A stretch of 64,000 nucleotides of DNA, taken from NCBI GenBank assembly GCA_964016885.1, contig OZ024746.1, forward strand, positions 60,450,001 through 60,514,000, in the 5' to 3' direction. Under the pieces are notes generated by a model. That model did not search any database. It worked only from the letters and a program-made list of their open reading frames with translations, and was not told the DNA's origin. Position numbers and translations under genes: made by a program. The stretch comes from Eledone cirrhosa. Lineage: Eukaryota. Shown one piece after another: positions 1 through 50,510 of the stretch (positions are counted from its first letter, which is position 1; every line of letters begins with the position of its first letter).

Positions 1-65
1 GTGTTTTTCCTTGTTAACTTTTTTATGTATGTATATATATATATATGTGTGTGTGTATATATATA

Positions 66-100
<35 letters not shown>

Positions 101-126
101 GAGACACATAAATATTTGTTTTCCAG

Positions 127-38677
<38,551 letters not shown>

Positions 38678-39103
38678 GTGGAACAATCCTGTAACACCTC
38701 TCATCTGACACTAACAATTCCATTAATCAGGACTGGTACTTATTTATCAACCCTTGAAAGGATGAAAGATAAAGTTGACCTCAGAACACAAGGCATTTTG
38801 TCTAACACCATAAAAACTTTATGATGAGAATTACCACTGGAATTTGAACTCAAGAGCACGAAACAAATCTCTTAAACTGTTTGACTACACTCAATTTATG
38901 GTCTCTATATAATCCATCTGGTGAGTATGGATACCTGGAAAGAGAAACCGAGGATGTTCCATTCATAGATGGAGAAACTAGGGATAAATTAAGGAAATGT
39001 GTTCATGTTTCATATACAGCTTAAACAATTTAAAAAAAGTATGAAGAGGGTTTATATGTGAATGTGATTAATATATGATGGAGATATCAACACTCTGGCT
39101 ATA

Positions 39104-39109
39104 AATAAA
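39104..39109 (+). promoter_or_regulatory. Candidate TTI1 polyadenylation signal AATAAA
   Basis: First AATAAA noticed after the TTI1 stop; motif only. Confidence 0.3.
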
Positions 39110-39754
39110 TGTATAATTCATATAATAACCTCGGTAAGCTCTGTTTTCTTTGTAGTTGTCTATTTTTTTCACACTTGCATGGGTTAGACAGGTCATCCAC
39201 ATTTTGAGACAAGTCTGGCCACTTGGCTGCACCTTGCTCAAATGGAACTGTGTTTTGGCTGGGGTTTTTATAGCTGACTCCCAGTCCACACTGTAAATGC
39301 GGTTGGTGTTAGGAAGGGTATCCAGCCGTAGAAAACCCGCCAGATAAGCAAGACATGGTCACCCGACCAATCTTGCTTCAAGTGGGACAATCCCGTCTAA
39401 CCCATGCTGGCATGGAAGATGGACATTAAACGATGATATAGATATATATTTAAAGGGATTTAGTCCATCATACTGAGCCTTGTACTTATTTTATTGATCT
39501 CTTTTTGTCAAACTGTTAAGTTATAGGGCAGAAACACAGCTATACTCATATATATGCATGTATGTATAATTGGCTTCTGTAGTTTGTCAACGAAATTTCA
39601 TCCTGAAGGCTATAGTAAAAAAAAACACTTGCCCAAGATGCACAAAACCTGAAACCATGTGGTTGCAAAGCTAGATCCTTAACCACACAGATAACAGATG
39701 TCTCAAACCCAACACTTACCAATTTGTTAACAACAAAAACAGCACAAACAGTTT

Positions 39755-39985
39755 CTAGCTTTCTTCAGGTAAATGTTTCAAAATCCAGCTCCGTAGCATG
39801 TGTAAATTTTTTTTGTTGAATTCATGGTTGAGGTTATCAAACATATGAAGTTCCGTGTCAACTCCACGGCCCTTCAGCTCCTCATATGTGGCACGACCCC
39901 ACTCTGGTAGAACAAGACTATCATCCTTTCCATGACTCATGAACAATGGTGGCCATTTGGTCAAGTTAGAGCTTGTGTCGAGAGT
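39755..39985 (-). CDS. LYPLAL1: LYPLAL1 exon 5 (TLDTSS...PPLFMSHGKDD...KHLPEES*)
   Basis: accag| acceptor in phase 0; TAG stop. Confidence 0.85.
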   Translation of the reverse strand, partial: TLDTSSNLTKWPPLFMSHGKDDSLVLPEWGRATYEELKGRGVDTELHMFDNLNHEFNKKNLHMLRSWILKHLPEES

Positions 39986-42368
39986 CTGGTGGTCGATGGT
40001 TGGTTGTGGTCAGTTTGTATTTATTTACATGAAAATAAAGATTTAAAGTAAAAATTATTTGAATGAAATTTATCTTAATGTATTATAGTGATGGGAGTGG
40101 GAGGTGGCAAATTAGGTGAGGGTTATGATGGTAATAGTGATGGATATGGTGGAGGTAGGTCTGACCAGGAGTGGGGAGGACAAGTTGGCCCAGGTCTTCG
40201 ATATTTCAGGGAGAAGCTACTCACCTGAAATTCTAGTTCTTTTATTCTGTTACATATAAATACATGTTCACTTTCCTGAAATGTGTACATTATTCTATAT
40301 ACTACACATGAAGCTTCAATGAGTTGATGTGCACAGAATAATGTTCATTATTATGATTATAATATAAATGGCGGTGGATTGGCAGTATCGGTAGAGGGTC
40401 GGACGCCATGCTTTCCAGCATAGTTGCGTCCCTTTACGATCTGAGTTCAAATCCCGCCGAGGTTGACTTTGCCTTTCATCCTTACGGGGTCGATAAAATA
40501 AAGTACCAGTAATGTACTGGGTAATTGCTGGCCTTGTGCCTAAAGTAGAAACAATTATTATGATTATATCAGTAAATCATATGTTATATGTACCACTGAT
40601 TACTAAAACATTTAAGTTTTGAAAAGGGACATTTCTTTCAAAACTAGCTGGGGTCTGTTACCAGCTTTGGTGGCCAACATTTCACATCTGGCCTAGGCCT
40701 ATTACCAGTTTTGGGAGAGCACCAGGATTTCACAACTGGCCTGAACACTTCTCAACCCTTTAGCATTTAAACCGTCTGTATCCAGCCAGAATTTTCTCAC
40801 CTCTTTCTGTTCAAACTGGCCACTCATACTGATGTTAAGGTATTGTTTTCAAAATAAATAACATCAAAATCTCGTAGACTGGATATTATATGAGATAATT
40901 ATGTAAGATAAAGCTGTTACCACAAAAACACAATAGTATATATAGAGTAATGTAAATGCTAAAGGGTTAAAACAACCAAGAAACCTATGAGATGTAACCT
41001 CACAGGAAGCTAGCTAAAACTGTATAGTAAACATGAGTATGAGTGGCCAGTTATGGCTGGTTTGAACAGAAAAAGGTGAGAGAATTCTGGCTGGATACGG
41101 CCAGTTTAAATGCTAAAGGGTTAAGCTATGGTGGGATTTGAACTTAAAACACAAAATGCCAAATCAAATATCGCAAGGCTCTAACAATTCTGCCTGGACA
41201 AGTACTATATTTTATCAATCCTGTAAGGATGAAAAGCAAAGGTCAAACTTGGTGGTATTTGAACAAATCAGTAAAACATTTTGTTCCACATTCTAATGGA
41301 TCTGCCAATTCACTACGGAAGATGAAAGGAGGAGAGGCATCAATGTTAAACACAAGTAGCAGAAGACAGAGAAAATGAGAGAAGACACTGCATAGCTTTT
41401 GTGATTTTAATGGAAGGACTATTGCTGCTGAGTGGCTTACCTTGTAAACATCTGATTTTTCATTGAGAAAACAGGACATGCCAAAAACACCAGCCACAGA
41501 GGGGCGAAACCGGTAACCAACATGTAATGCTGCACAGCCACCCATGGAAAATCCACCTGGAGAAAAAAAAGTATATATATATATATATATATACGTACAT
41601 AAATATGATGGCTGCAAACTCGTGTTCGAGCATTGCCATCGCATGATAAAATGTGAGGCACGAATGTCGCTCTTTAAACCAGCCAAAGACTTGCACCCTC
41701 TAGCACATACATGGCAACTATAGGCTCCTCCAGGACTTTCCATTGCTTTGTTCTGGCTGTGTGTTCTCATGTGTCTTTTAAGATATATATACATATATAC
41801 AAATATATATAGATATATACGCACACACATATATATATATATTTATTAAAATAACAGATTAAAGTTTAAGCAAACAATCGCTGCTTTCACTCTTAACGGG
41901 ATTGTGTATTGTACGTATATGGATGCGTGTATGTATATATTTAATTTCAATTACCTCTGTATTTTATTTACTTTATTCCTAACTCTGAAACCGTGTTTCA
42001 TTCAGTTTCCTAAATAAAATTTTAGTCTACGACTTCCATAAACGTGGTTTTGTCTTTGCGTGTAATTGTTTTCACCGCACCAAATAATGACATATTATCT
42101 TCGTTTTTTTCCGTTCTTTGCCAGGGAACGTTTCCACGAACCAAAGTATCGTCTTCCTGTCTTCCTTCAGTTGCAACGTTTTTTAAAATATTTACTTGTG
42201 TTCACAGATTGACTTTTTTAGTTTCAGATGATCCCGTTAAGGGTGAAAGCAGCGATTCTTTGCTTAAACTTTAATCTATTTTAATAAATATTTGCTCTAC
42301 GGTTCTTATATATTTGATATATATTTATCGAGCCCTCTTTGGATTTTAGTCTTCAAATTTTTTATTAT

Positions 42369-42428
<60 letters not shown>

Positions 42429-45400
42429 TTATATATAAATGCGAGACAAACCCTCCATCTCAATTTTACTTTGGAAAAGCAAAAGAACTGTGAAATTGGT
42501 AAAGGAAATAAATAAATATTCTTCAAAAGACTCCAGTTGCATTTTCAATTTCAATTTCTTTTCCTTATACTTTCACCCGTGTAGGACATCTGGTTCTTTT
42601 CATTTGGTCTTTTTTTTATTAAAAAAAAACCTAATTTTCGTATACATTTATGTGTGCGTGTGAAATAAAGGATAACTATGTTATATTTTGATTAACAAAA
42701 TTAGTTTGATAGTGGGGATTTCTTAAAAACTATCAGACTAATTTCATTAGTCAAAATATGGCCTAAGGTTATATTCCTACTTTATTTCATCTCACTTACA
42801 AAATGTTCCCTACCACTATTAAGTGCATTTTATCGTGGCACCAGCTCTACGAAGGTTGTCATATTCCTGACACAGCTGAAGAGTCCTCTCAACTTTTTGT
42901 TTTTTTCAGGTTTTTTTCAGTTGGATACTCTTCCTTTCACCAACGCCTATCAGAGTGTACTAGGTATTTATTGTGTAGATCATCAACACTGAAGACATTG
43001 TCATGTCTTTGACACAGCCAAGAAATCCTCATGACCTTTTGTTATACATATGCAAATAAACAATAGCACCAATAGCATGGTTCAGAATAAAGGCATGCAT
43101 GGACTCAAATACAATAATGTTTATGTATAATAAACATGTATATAGTCTCACTGTGAGTATTTTATTCAAGCTGTGATCATATAACTACTTCAGTATCTGT
43201 AAGAACAACATTTATATCTCAGGATTTTTTAATCAATCATTAACAATGATTACTTACAACAGGATAAGGATATAAAAAAATATTTTCTTTTATATGAAGT
43301 CTGACAAAAAGTAATCATGTTATGGAAACAGAGTGGAGACGCATTCATTCATATGCATTTATGATTTTTGGCGAGTTTGCTGAAGGTGTCAGGCAGCCAG
43401 CATGTGAGATCATGTACTACTTAGTCATTACATTTTCATTTTGTCCGATTCTGCCAACAAGGATCTCCAGTTCCTGAATAGTATGATAACTGGAGACCCA
43501 GAAACTAATGCTCAGTCATCACAGTGGAAGCATCCCATATCACCAACACCTAAAAAACAATGTAATGCTGACTGCTTTCTTCAACTATGGACACATTACA
43601 AATATACACCAGAAGGCCAGTTATAAAAGAGTACTATCAGAAAATTCTCCAATGTCTTCATGATGCAGTCTGGTTCAAGAAACTACATCTGTGAGACTTG
43701 CAATACTGGCAGGTGCATCATGACAATGCCCTGGCTCAATTGTCACAGTTGATTCAACAGGTGCATCATGACAATGTCCTGACTTAATTGTCACAGTTGA
43801 CTCAACAGGTGCGTCATGACAATGCCCTGGCTCAGTTGTCACAGCTGATTCAACAGGTGCATCATGACAGCAGACCTGGCTCAGTTGTCACAGCTGATTC
43901 AATAGGTGCATCATGACAGCAGACCTGGCTCAGTCATCACAGCTGATCCAGGGTTTCAAGCCAAAGAAAGGCATTTTGCTCATTCACCAAGCTTCCTACT
44001 CTCCAGATGTGACACCTTCTGACTTCTGGTTGTAACCAACAATAAAGATGTCACAGAAAGGAGCCAACAGGACATCATATGAACTGCAATGCTTTCAACA
44101 GTGGAAGGATTGCTGGGATAAATGTGTGGAGGCACAAGAGGCCTACTTCAAAGAAGATTAGTAATTGAACCACCAAGTACGTATTTCTTTTTTCAGCAGC
44201 ATATATATATATATGTATATTATTTATTTATTTATATATACATATCATCATCATCATCATTTAACATCCACTTTCTCTGCTAGTAAGGATTAGACGGGTC
44301 TACATAGACAAAGTCAGTACTGAAGTGGGGCTACTTACCTTGCAGACAGGCCACAGATTTGCATCTCGCTTATGTATGGTTACATGTTCTACCAAATGCA
44401 CAGGAGAGGTTGTCAACCTTTTCTTTAGCAAGCTTTCTACAGCTGGATGCCCTTCCTATCACCAACCACTTAACAGCATGTACTGGGTGCATTTATCATG
44501 TAGATCATAAATACTAAAGAGGCTGTCATGTTCTTGATACAACTGAAGGGTCCTCCAAACCCTTTGTTTGGTGCCCAACCTTTATATATATAAAGGTTTT
44601 CCACTCCCTATAATTGAACACATACCTATTTGTGTTTTCTTCTCTCTATACTGTATTATAAAGAGCTCGGTATCTATTCCCTGAACTCATTAAATTACAG
44701 GGGATTAACGCAAGTTTTTAACCCCGTTTTTTAATATGATATATATATATAAAATCATCATCATCAAACATTTGTTTTCCCAATAGCAAGGGTTGGATGG
44801 ATCATCACAAACCAAGCCAGTGGCTTTGCAGCTCAAATATGTTCCCACACAATACTGAGTGCATTTTATCATGGCACCAACACTAGTGAAGTTGTCATGT
44901 CTTTGACACAGCTAAAGAGTCCTCCTGATTCTTTGTTTGGCAGTGTTTTTACGGCTGCCCTTCTTACCATCAACCACTTTACAGACATATAGGGTGTTTT
45001 ACTGTGGTACTTACCAATAATAATTCTGTTGAAAAGTATACCATTGTGTATCTCAGCGTCAATTAGTTCCGAGATCTTCTCACACATTCGAACTACTGAT
45101 TCATCTTCTGTTACAAATGGGTTAATCTTGAGACGATTGAACCACACTGTTCTTTGATGGCCCATCATAGGGGTGTAGGGCCTGTAGGGAGACAGAAACT
45201 TTAGTGCTTTGAACAACAGTTAGAGAAGGGTAATAATTGTTTCTACTTTAGGCACAAGGCCAGCAATTACCCAGTGCATTACTGGTACTTTATTTTATCG
45301 ACCCCGTAAGGATGAAAGGCAAAGTCAACTTCGGCGGGATTTGAACTCAAACCATAAAGGGACGTAACTATGCTCGAAAGCATGGCGTCCGACCCTCTAC

Positions 45401-48400
45401 CGATACTGCCAATCCGATTTCTGATTTAGGCACAAGACCAGCAATTTTTTTTTTTGGGGGGGGGGGGGTCAATTAAATCAACCCCAATGCATTACTGGTA
45501 CTGTATTTTATCAACCCGCTAAGGATGAAAGGCAAAGTTAGAACGTAAAGGGATGTAACTCTATGCCGCAAAGCAGGGTGTCCAATGATCTACTGATACT
45601 GCCAATAATAATAATAATAACTTACATTTGCTTTTTTTCAACTTTGCCTTTCATCCTTCCAGGAGTCAATAAAATAAAGTACCAGTCAAATATTGGAGTC
45701 AATATAACAAAGTACCTGTCACATACTGGAGTCAATAAAATAAAGTACCAGTCACATACTGTAGTCAATAAAATAAAGTACCAGTCACAAACTGTAGTCA
45801 ATGAAATAAAGTACCAGTCAAGTACTGGAGTCAATATAATAAAGTACCAGTCACATACTGGAGTCAATAAAATAAAGTACCAGTCACGTACTGAAGGCAA
45901 TTTAATTGACTAGCCCCTAACCCTCAAATTTCTGGCCTTGTGTCTTGTTTTATGATATGTCCATTAACCCTTTAGCATTCACATTACTCTATATATACTA
46001 TTATATTTTCATGGTAAAGGCTTTACCTCACATAATATCGAATCTAGGAGATTTTGAAAGTATTTATTTTGAGAACAATACCTTAACATCAGTTTGAGTG
46101 ACCAGTTACAGCCAGTTTCAACAGAAAGAGGTAGAGAATTCTGGCCGGTTTTGGCTGGTTTGAACATTAAAGGGTTAAGGGTGTTGGAGTGGCAGAATCA
46201 GTAGAACAAAGGACAAAAATGTTTAGTTAGGTTCCTTTATATTCTCAGTTCAAATCCTGTCAATGTTCATTTTGCCTGTCATCCTACTGGAGTTGAAATA
46301 ACGCTGCAGCTATCTACTGGGGTTAATTTCATTAATTTTCCCACCCTCCAAAATTGCTCCATTGTGCCTAAATCAGAAACCATCATTGTTGCTGCTACTA
46401 CTGATGCTAATGCTACCACCACCACCACCACTACTACTACTACCACCACTACCACCACCACCATTGCCACTACCACCACCACCACCACTACCACTACCAC
46501 TACTACAACAGATTGGTGGATTGGCAGAATTGCTTTCTAGTACTTAGTTCAATCTCTTTATAGTTACCGATACTGCTAATCCACATTAATAATTGTTTCT
46601 GCTTTTGGCACAAGACCAGCAATTATCCCAGTGTATTACTGGTGCTTTATTTTATTGACCTTGTTAACCTCGGTGGGATTAACTTTAATATTAATCCACC
46701 TTAATAATTGTTTCTACTTTTGGCACAAGGCCAGCAATTACCCAGTGCATTACTGGTACTTTATTTTATCGACCCCGTAAGGATGAAAGGCAAAGTTAAC
46801 CTCGGCGGGATTTGAACTCAGAATGGCAAGGGGCGTAACTCTATGCATCTAAGCATGGCGTCCGACCCTCTACCGATACTGCCAATCCGTTGTTTAGACC
46901 CGGGGCTAAACAACACCTGAATAAAGAAAGACAAAAGAAGGTGAGGAAAAAAGAAGGGGTCAATCAAAGCTATAACACTTACCTAGCAGGGGCTGTTGGA
47001 TACACAATACGAATATGAGGAAATGTAAACTCGTGTCCTGAAACCATGCGGAGCCATTCTCTAATGCCTTCACCAGTATCACCTATTGTTATCATCATCA
47101 TCAATATACAATAAAAAACAAAAATAGTTAAAATATGCGAAATAGAAATAATAATAATAATAAAATTGAATGAGGGTAATTAGTACTCTTAAATTAATTT
47201 TGCAAGATTAAGCTTTGTGAGAGACAAAAATGTGCAAATGGTCTGTACCTGTAATTCAAATGGCCAGCTTAGTCACATGCAGTGAGTCGTGCTGAATTTC
47301 CCTTAGAGTAAACATGTCAGTGGAATACTCAGCCACTTGTATGTTAATTTTTTGCAAGTGGGGTGAACCATTCCATTATTCAGACAACTGGATGGAACAT
47401 TCATTGTCAAACCCACAAGGTTCCATTTATATTTTAGCCACTTGTACATAGGATAACAAAATATATAAAATTTGAATACCAGTTGTTGTTATGGCTCACA
47501 CCTACAAAGGTGTGAGCCATAACAACCCGCCTTCAAGAGGTCACATCTCACAGGAATATCCCTGGGTGTTTCAATGACAGAGTCTCCTGTTGTAGTAGTA
47601 ATTTGATACTCTCTTCAATCGAGTTTCTTCCAGATTATCAAGCGGCCACAAAGAAGCAGACCTTTGTAGCCTCATAGATAAGTTTCCATTGTGAATGGGC
47701 TTTCGAGTCACCAATATATCTGAGATTTTGACATAACAAATATCTGCTTATTCTTGAGCCCTGGAGACAAAGGAAGGAATACTCATAAATAGCCTGCACC
47801 CAGAGTCAAAATTCCTGCAGTTGCAGAGTTCATGTCAACTAGCCAAGATGTAGTTATCGACTGTTTCCCTCTTTGGGTCTCTCTCTCAGCCAGGTCAACA
47901 AATTCTTCTCATCAACAGAAGTTTGGTAAATACATTAATAATACTATTGGAAGCAAACAGGCATACACATCTGATACATAACATCACACAATTCAACTGT
48001 AGTTATTTGTTCTTCATGTATTGTCGTTATAACTTTGACGAAAGTTATATTTAATAAATTATTAACATAGCAGCTCTGTGTTATTGTACTTTATATATTT
48101 TGTAGAGCCACTATACTGTCAGGACTGGATTAATCCTAGACAAGAGAAACTTTGGAACCTCCAGCACCTGCTGCTCATGAGAAACTTGACGAAAATTAAA
48201 AGTAGAATGATGCTAAGATTCCAGCATCAGTCCCTGTCGACTTCTAAAAATAATTATTATTATAAATTTTGACAAAAATATTGTTTCATATCTATATTTC
48301 AATGTAGATTTTAATATAAGTTTAACCCTTTAGCATTTACATTACTCTATATATACTATTGCATTTTCACATACCTTACATAATATCGAATCTATGAGAT

Positions 48401-50510
48401 TTCAATGTTATTTATTTTGAGAACAATACCTTAACATCAGTATGAGCAGCAGGTTGTGGCTGATTTGAACAGAAAGAGGTGAGAGAATTCTGGCTGGTTA
48501 TGGCTAGTTTAAATGCTAAAGGGTTAAAACAGGACTATGTCCCCTGGACTATCATGACCTAAGTTGCAGCCCACATGTGAATACGGTACAGGCCCCAGTC
48601 CTATCCATCATAGTACCAGCTATATATTATGAATAGTACCAATGAATAAACCCTTGTTCCAACAAATTTGTGTCAACCTAACAAAAACATTCTGTCTGAT
48701 GTTGGTCATGTTTTCAACGGTGCAGCTGTACTCACCATGCTTGGCCAATTGCAGTTATTAGGTGAGGCTATTTAATCCATAGTTGGGGTGGATGGCTTTT
48801 GACTCTGAGGAGTTCATCTGCCCTATTATGTAGCTCTTCTTTTGTTTGTTTGTTTTTTTTTGTACAGCTGGGATTCCACTTACCCTCCTCACCAGACCAG
48901 GATATAGTGGGGGAGCCGGTTTAGTCGCCGACCACTCGACCATGAAGCAGGTTATACTGGTTTACATGGTACCAGTAGCAGGTAGAAGCCTGACCTGACC
49001 ATGGCACTAAATCAACTCTTTAAATACACCAAGATCAAATTAGAAAGATATTTCCTCGGGATTGCTTACAGCTTGTTTACAGGATGCTGTCATCAACAAA
49101 GTGAACTGGGAGAATAAGAGTATCAACATAGATGGTGAACTGCTATGTCAGCTAGACTTCGCAGATGACATCATCCTAATAGTCCATACACCACAATAAT
49201 TGGAGGAGATGCTCAATGCTATCCACACTGTGAGCCAGCCAGTAGGCCTTAACAACCATCTTGGGAAAACTAAGGGCATGTTTAACAGTCAATCTAAACC
49301 ATCACTAGTTATTGTGGAGGAATTAGACATGTGTGCCTCGGAAAAAAGGTTGCAAGAGATGCCCTACTTACGGAGATCAAAAAAGGATTGTGCTTGGCTG
49401 GACAGCTTTTGGAAATGTTTATAACATCATTAAAAGTCACAAGTCAACAATCGAAATGAAAAGAAAGCTGTTTAACGAATATGTTCTGCTGGTGATGACA
49501 TATGGAAGAGAGACGTGGACACTCCACATCACTACTGTAGAGACTCTTGCAGCGGCCCAACGTAAAATGGAACGAATCATGCTCGGCATCTTCCTCGTAT
49601 GACAAGAAGAGCAATACCTGCATCCGACAGCAGACTGGCGTGAAGGACATAATCGACATCACCAAGAAGGGCAAACATAGATGGACTGGCCATGTCTCTT
49701 GTTTCAGAGACAACAGGTGGACTATTAGATTGAGAGAGGCAATGGAAAAGAACCAGGGGGCGGCCGAAGGTCAGATGGCTCGATGATCTGACCCGATACC
49801 TCGACCCCACATGGCCAGAGATAGGAAGCGGTGGAGGTCAACTGCGGAGGAGTTATTCCAACATGAATGAGAAGGCCCTGGATTTTAGATTTTGGAACAA
49901 AACATTTATTACAGATATACAATATAAATGCCGGTTTCTCTTTAGCACAAAATACACTATCAAATTATATTCAACGTTCAAAGATTTTATTTATTTTCAT
50001 ATAAATGAAATTAAACTAAATAAAGAATGTTTATAAATAAGAACTTAAAGTATTCGTTATTTACAAGTTACAACAATAAAGTGCAGAATAAACAGTCCTA
50101 CTAACATAACTATATTTGATAAAATTATTGAATATAATTTGATAGTGTATATTTGATAAAATTCGTAATCAAAGTTTTTAGTTCAAATTCTAAAAGCTAC
50201 AGACTTCGGCTTAAAATTTGGAATTCCCTCGTCAACTATCAATATAGTAGTGACAATTACATTTATTCATAATTAAAGATAACATTCGAGGGGGTGGTTT
50301 AACCGAAACTTAAGGGCTACACCATCGCCTCAAATATTTCCGTAAATGGTTTGTTTTTTGGAAAGGTCATGAAAAGAACAATTACACTAATAATTAAATA
50401 ATATACTTCGACTTACCTGAACCGTGGAGAAAAATAATTGAAGCAGTACATGAAGGGCCAGTTTGAGGCATAATTCGTGGGTTGAGTAATTTTACAACAG
50501 ACGATGCCAT
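39755..50510 (-). CDS. LYPLAL1: Lysophospholipase-like protein 1 (alpha/beta hydrolase), complete, 5 exons, 235 aa
   Basis: Exons 50510-50417, 47082-46983, 45181-45015, 41556-41441, 39985-39755 join in frame (708 nt). Motifs IFLHGSGDTG, IVYPTAP.RPYTPM, VWFNR, GGFSMGG (catalytic Ser), HGKDD (Asp), NLNH (His). Confidence 0.92.
40375..40560 (+). mobile_element. tRNA-derived SINE with Nin/Deu-like core; near-identical copies at ~6700-6815, 45232-45418(-), 46705-46890(-), 51625-51930, 51950-52160(-), 52195-52300, 54608-54720
   Basis: A-box tggcagtatcgg, B-box gagttcaaatcc, core gcctttcatccttacggggtcgataaaataaagtaccag. Confidence 0.85.
41441..41556 (-). CDS. LYPLAL1: LYPLAL1 exon 4 (GGFSMGG...SDVYK)
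   Basis: ctccag| ... |gtaagc. Confidence 0.9.
41841..42370. mobile_element. (TA)n-embedded interspersed repeat with ~60-bp internal inverted repeat; related pieces at 26255-26500 and 26785-26915
   Basis: ttaaaataacagattaaagtttaagcaaacaatcgctgctttcactcttaacgggat and its reverse complement at ~42231-42291. Confidence 0.7.
43293..44200 (+). mobile_element. Degenerate mariner transposase remnant with internal 48-bp tandem expansion
   Basis: FLNSMITGD, PETNAQSSQWKHP..P.PKK, WQVHHDNA (repeated), YSPDVTPSDFWL. Confidence 0.8.
45015..45181 (-). CDS. LYPLAL1: LYPLAL1 exon 3 (RPYTPMMG...NRIII)
   Basis: ctacag| ... |gtaagt. Confidence 0.9.
45660..45895 (+). repeat. 33-bp minisatellite (7 units) derived from the SINE core
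   Basis: ggagtcaataaaataaagtaccagtcacatact. Confidence 0.85.
46983..47082 (-). CDS. LYPLAL1: LYPLAL1 exon 2 (GDTGEGIREWL...YPTAPA)
   Basis: tag| ... |gtaagt. Confidence 0.9.
49030..49890 (+). mobile_element. Degenerate RTE (BovB-like) LINE 3' fragment
   Basis: WENKSINIDGELLCQLDFADDII; MTYGRETWTL; QRKMERIMLG; IRQQTGVKDII...WTGHV. Confidence 0.8.
50417..50510 (-). CDS. LYPLAL1: LYPLAL1 exon 1 (MASSVVKLL...IIFLHGS)
   Basis: ATG at 50510, donor gtaagt. Confidence 0.88.

Noticed and set aside
40375-40460. tRNA gene
   Set aside because: A and B boxes are present but there is no cloverleaf; it is the head of a multi-copy SINE.
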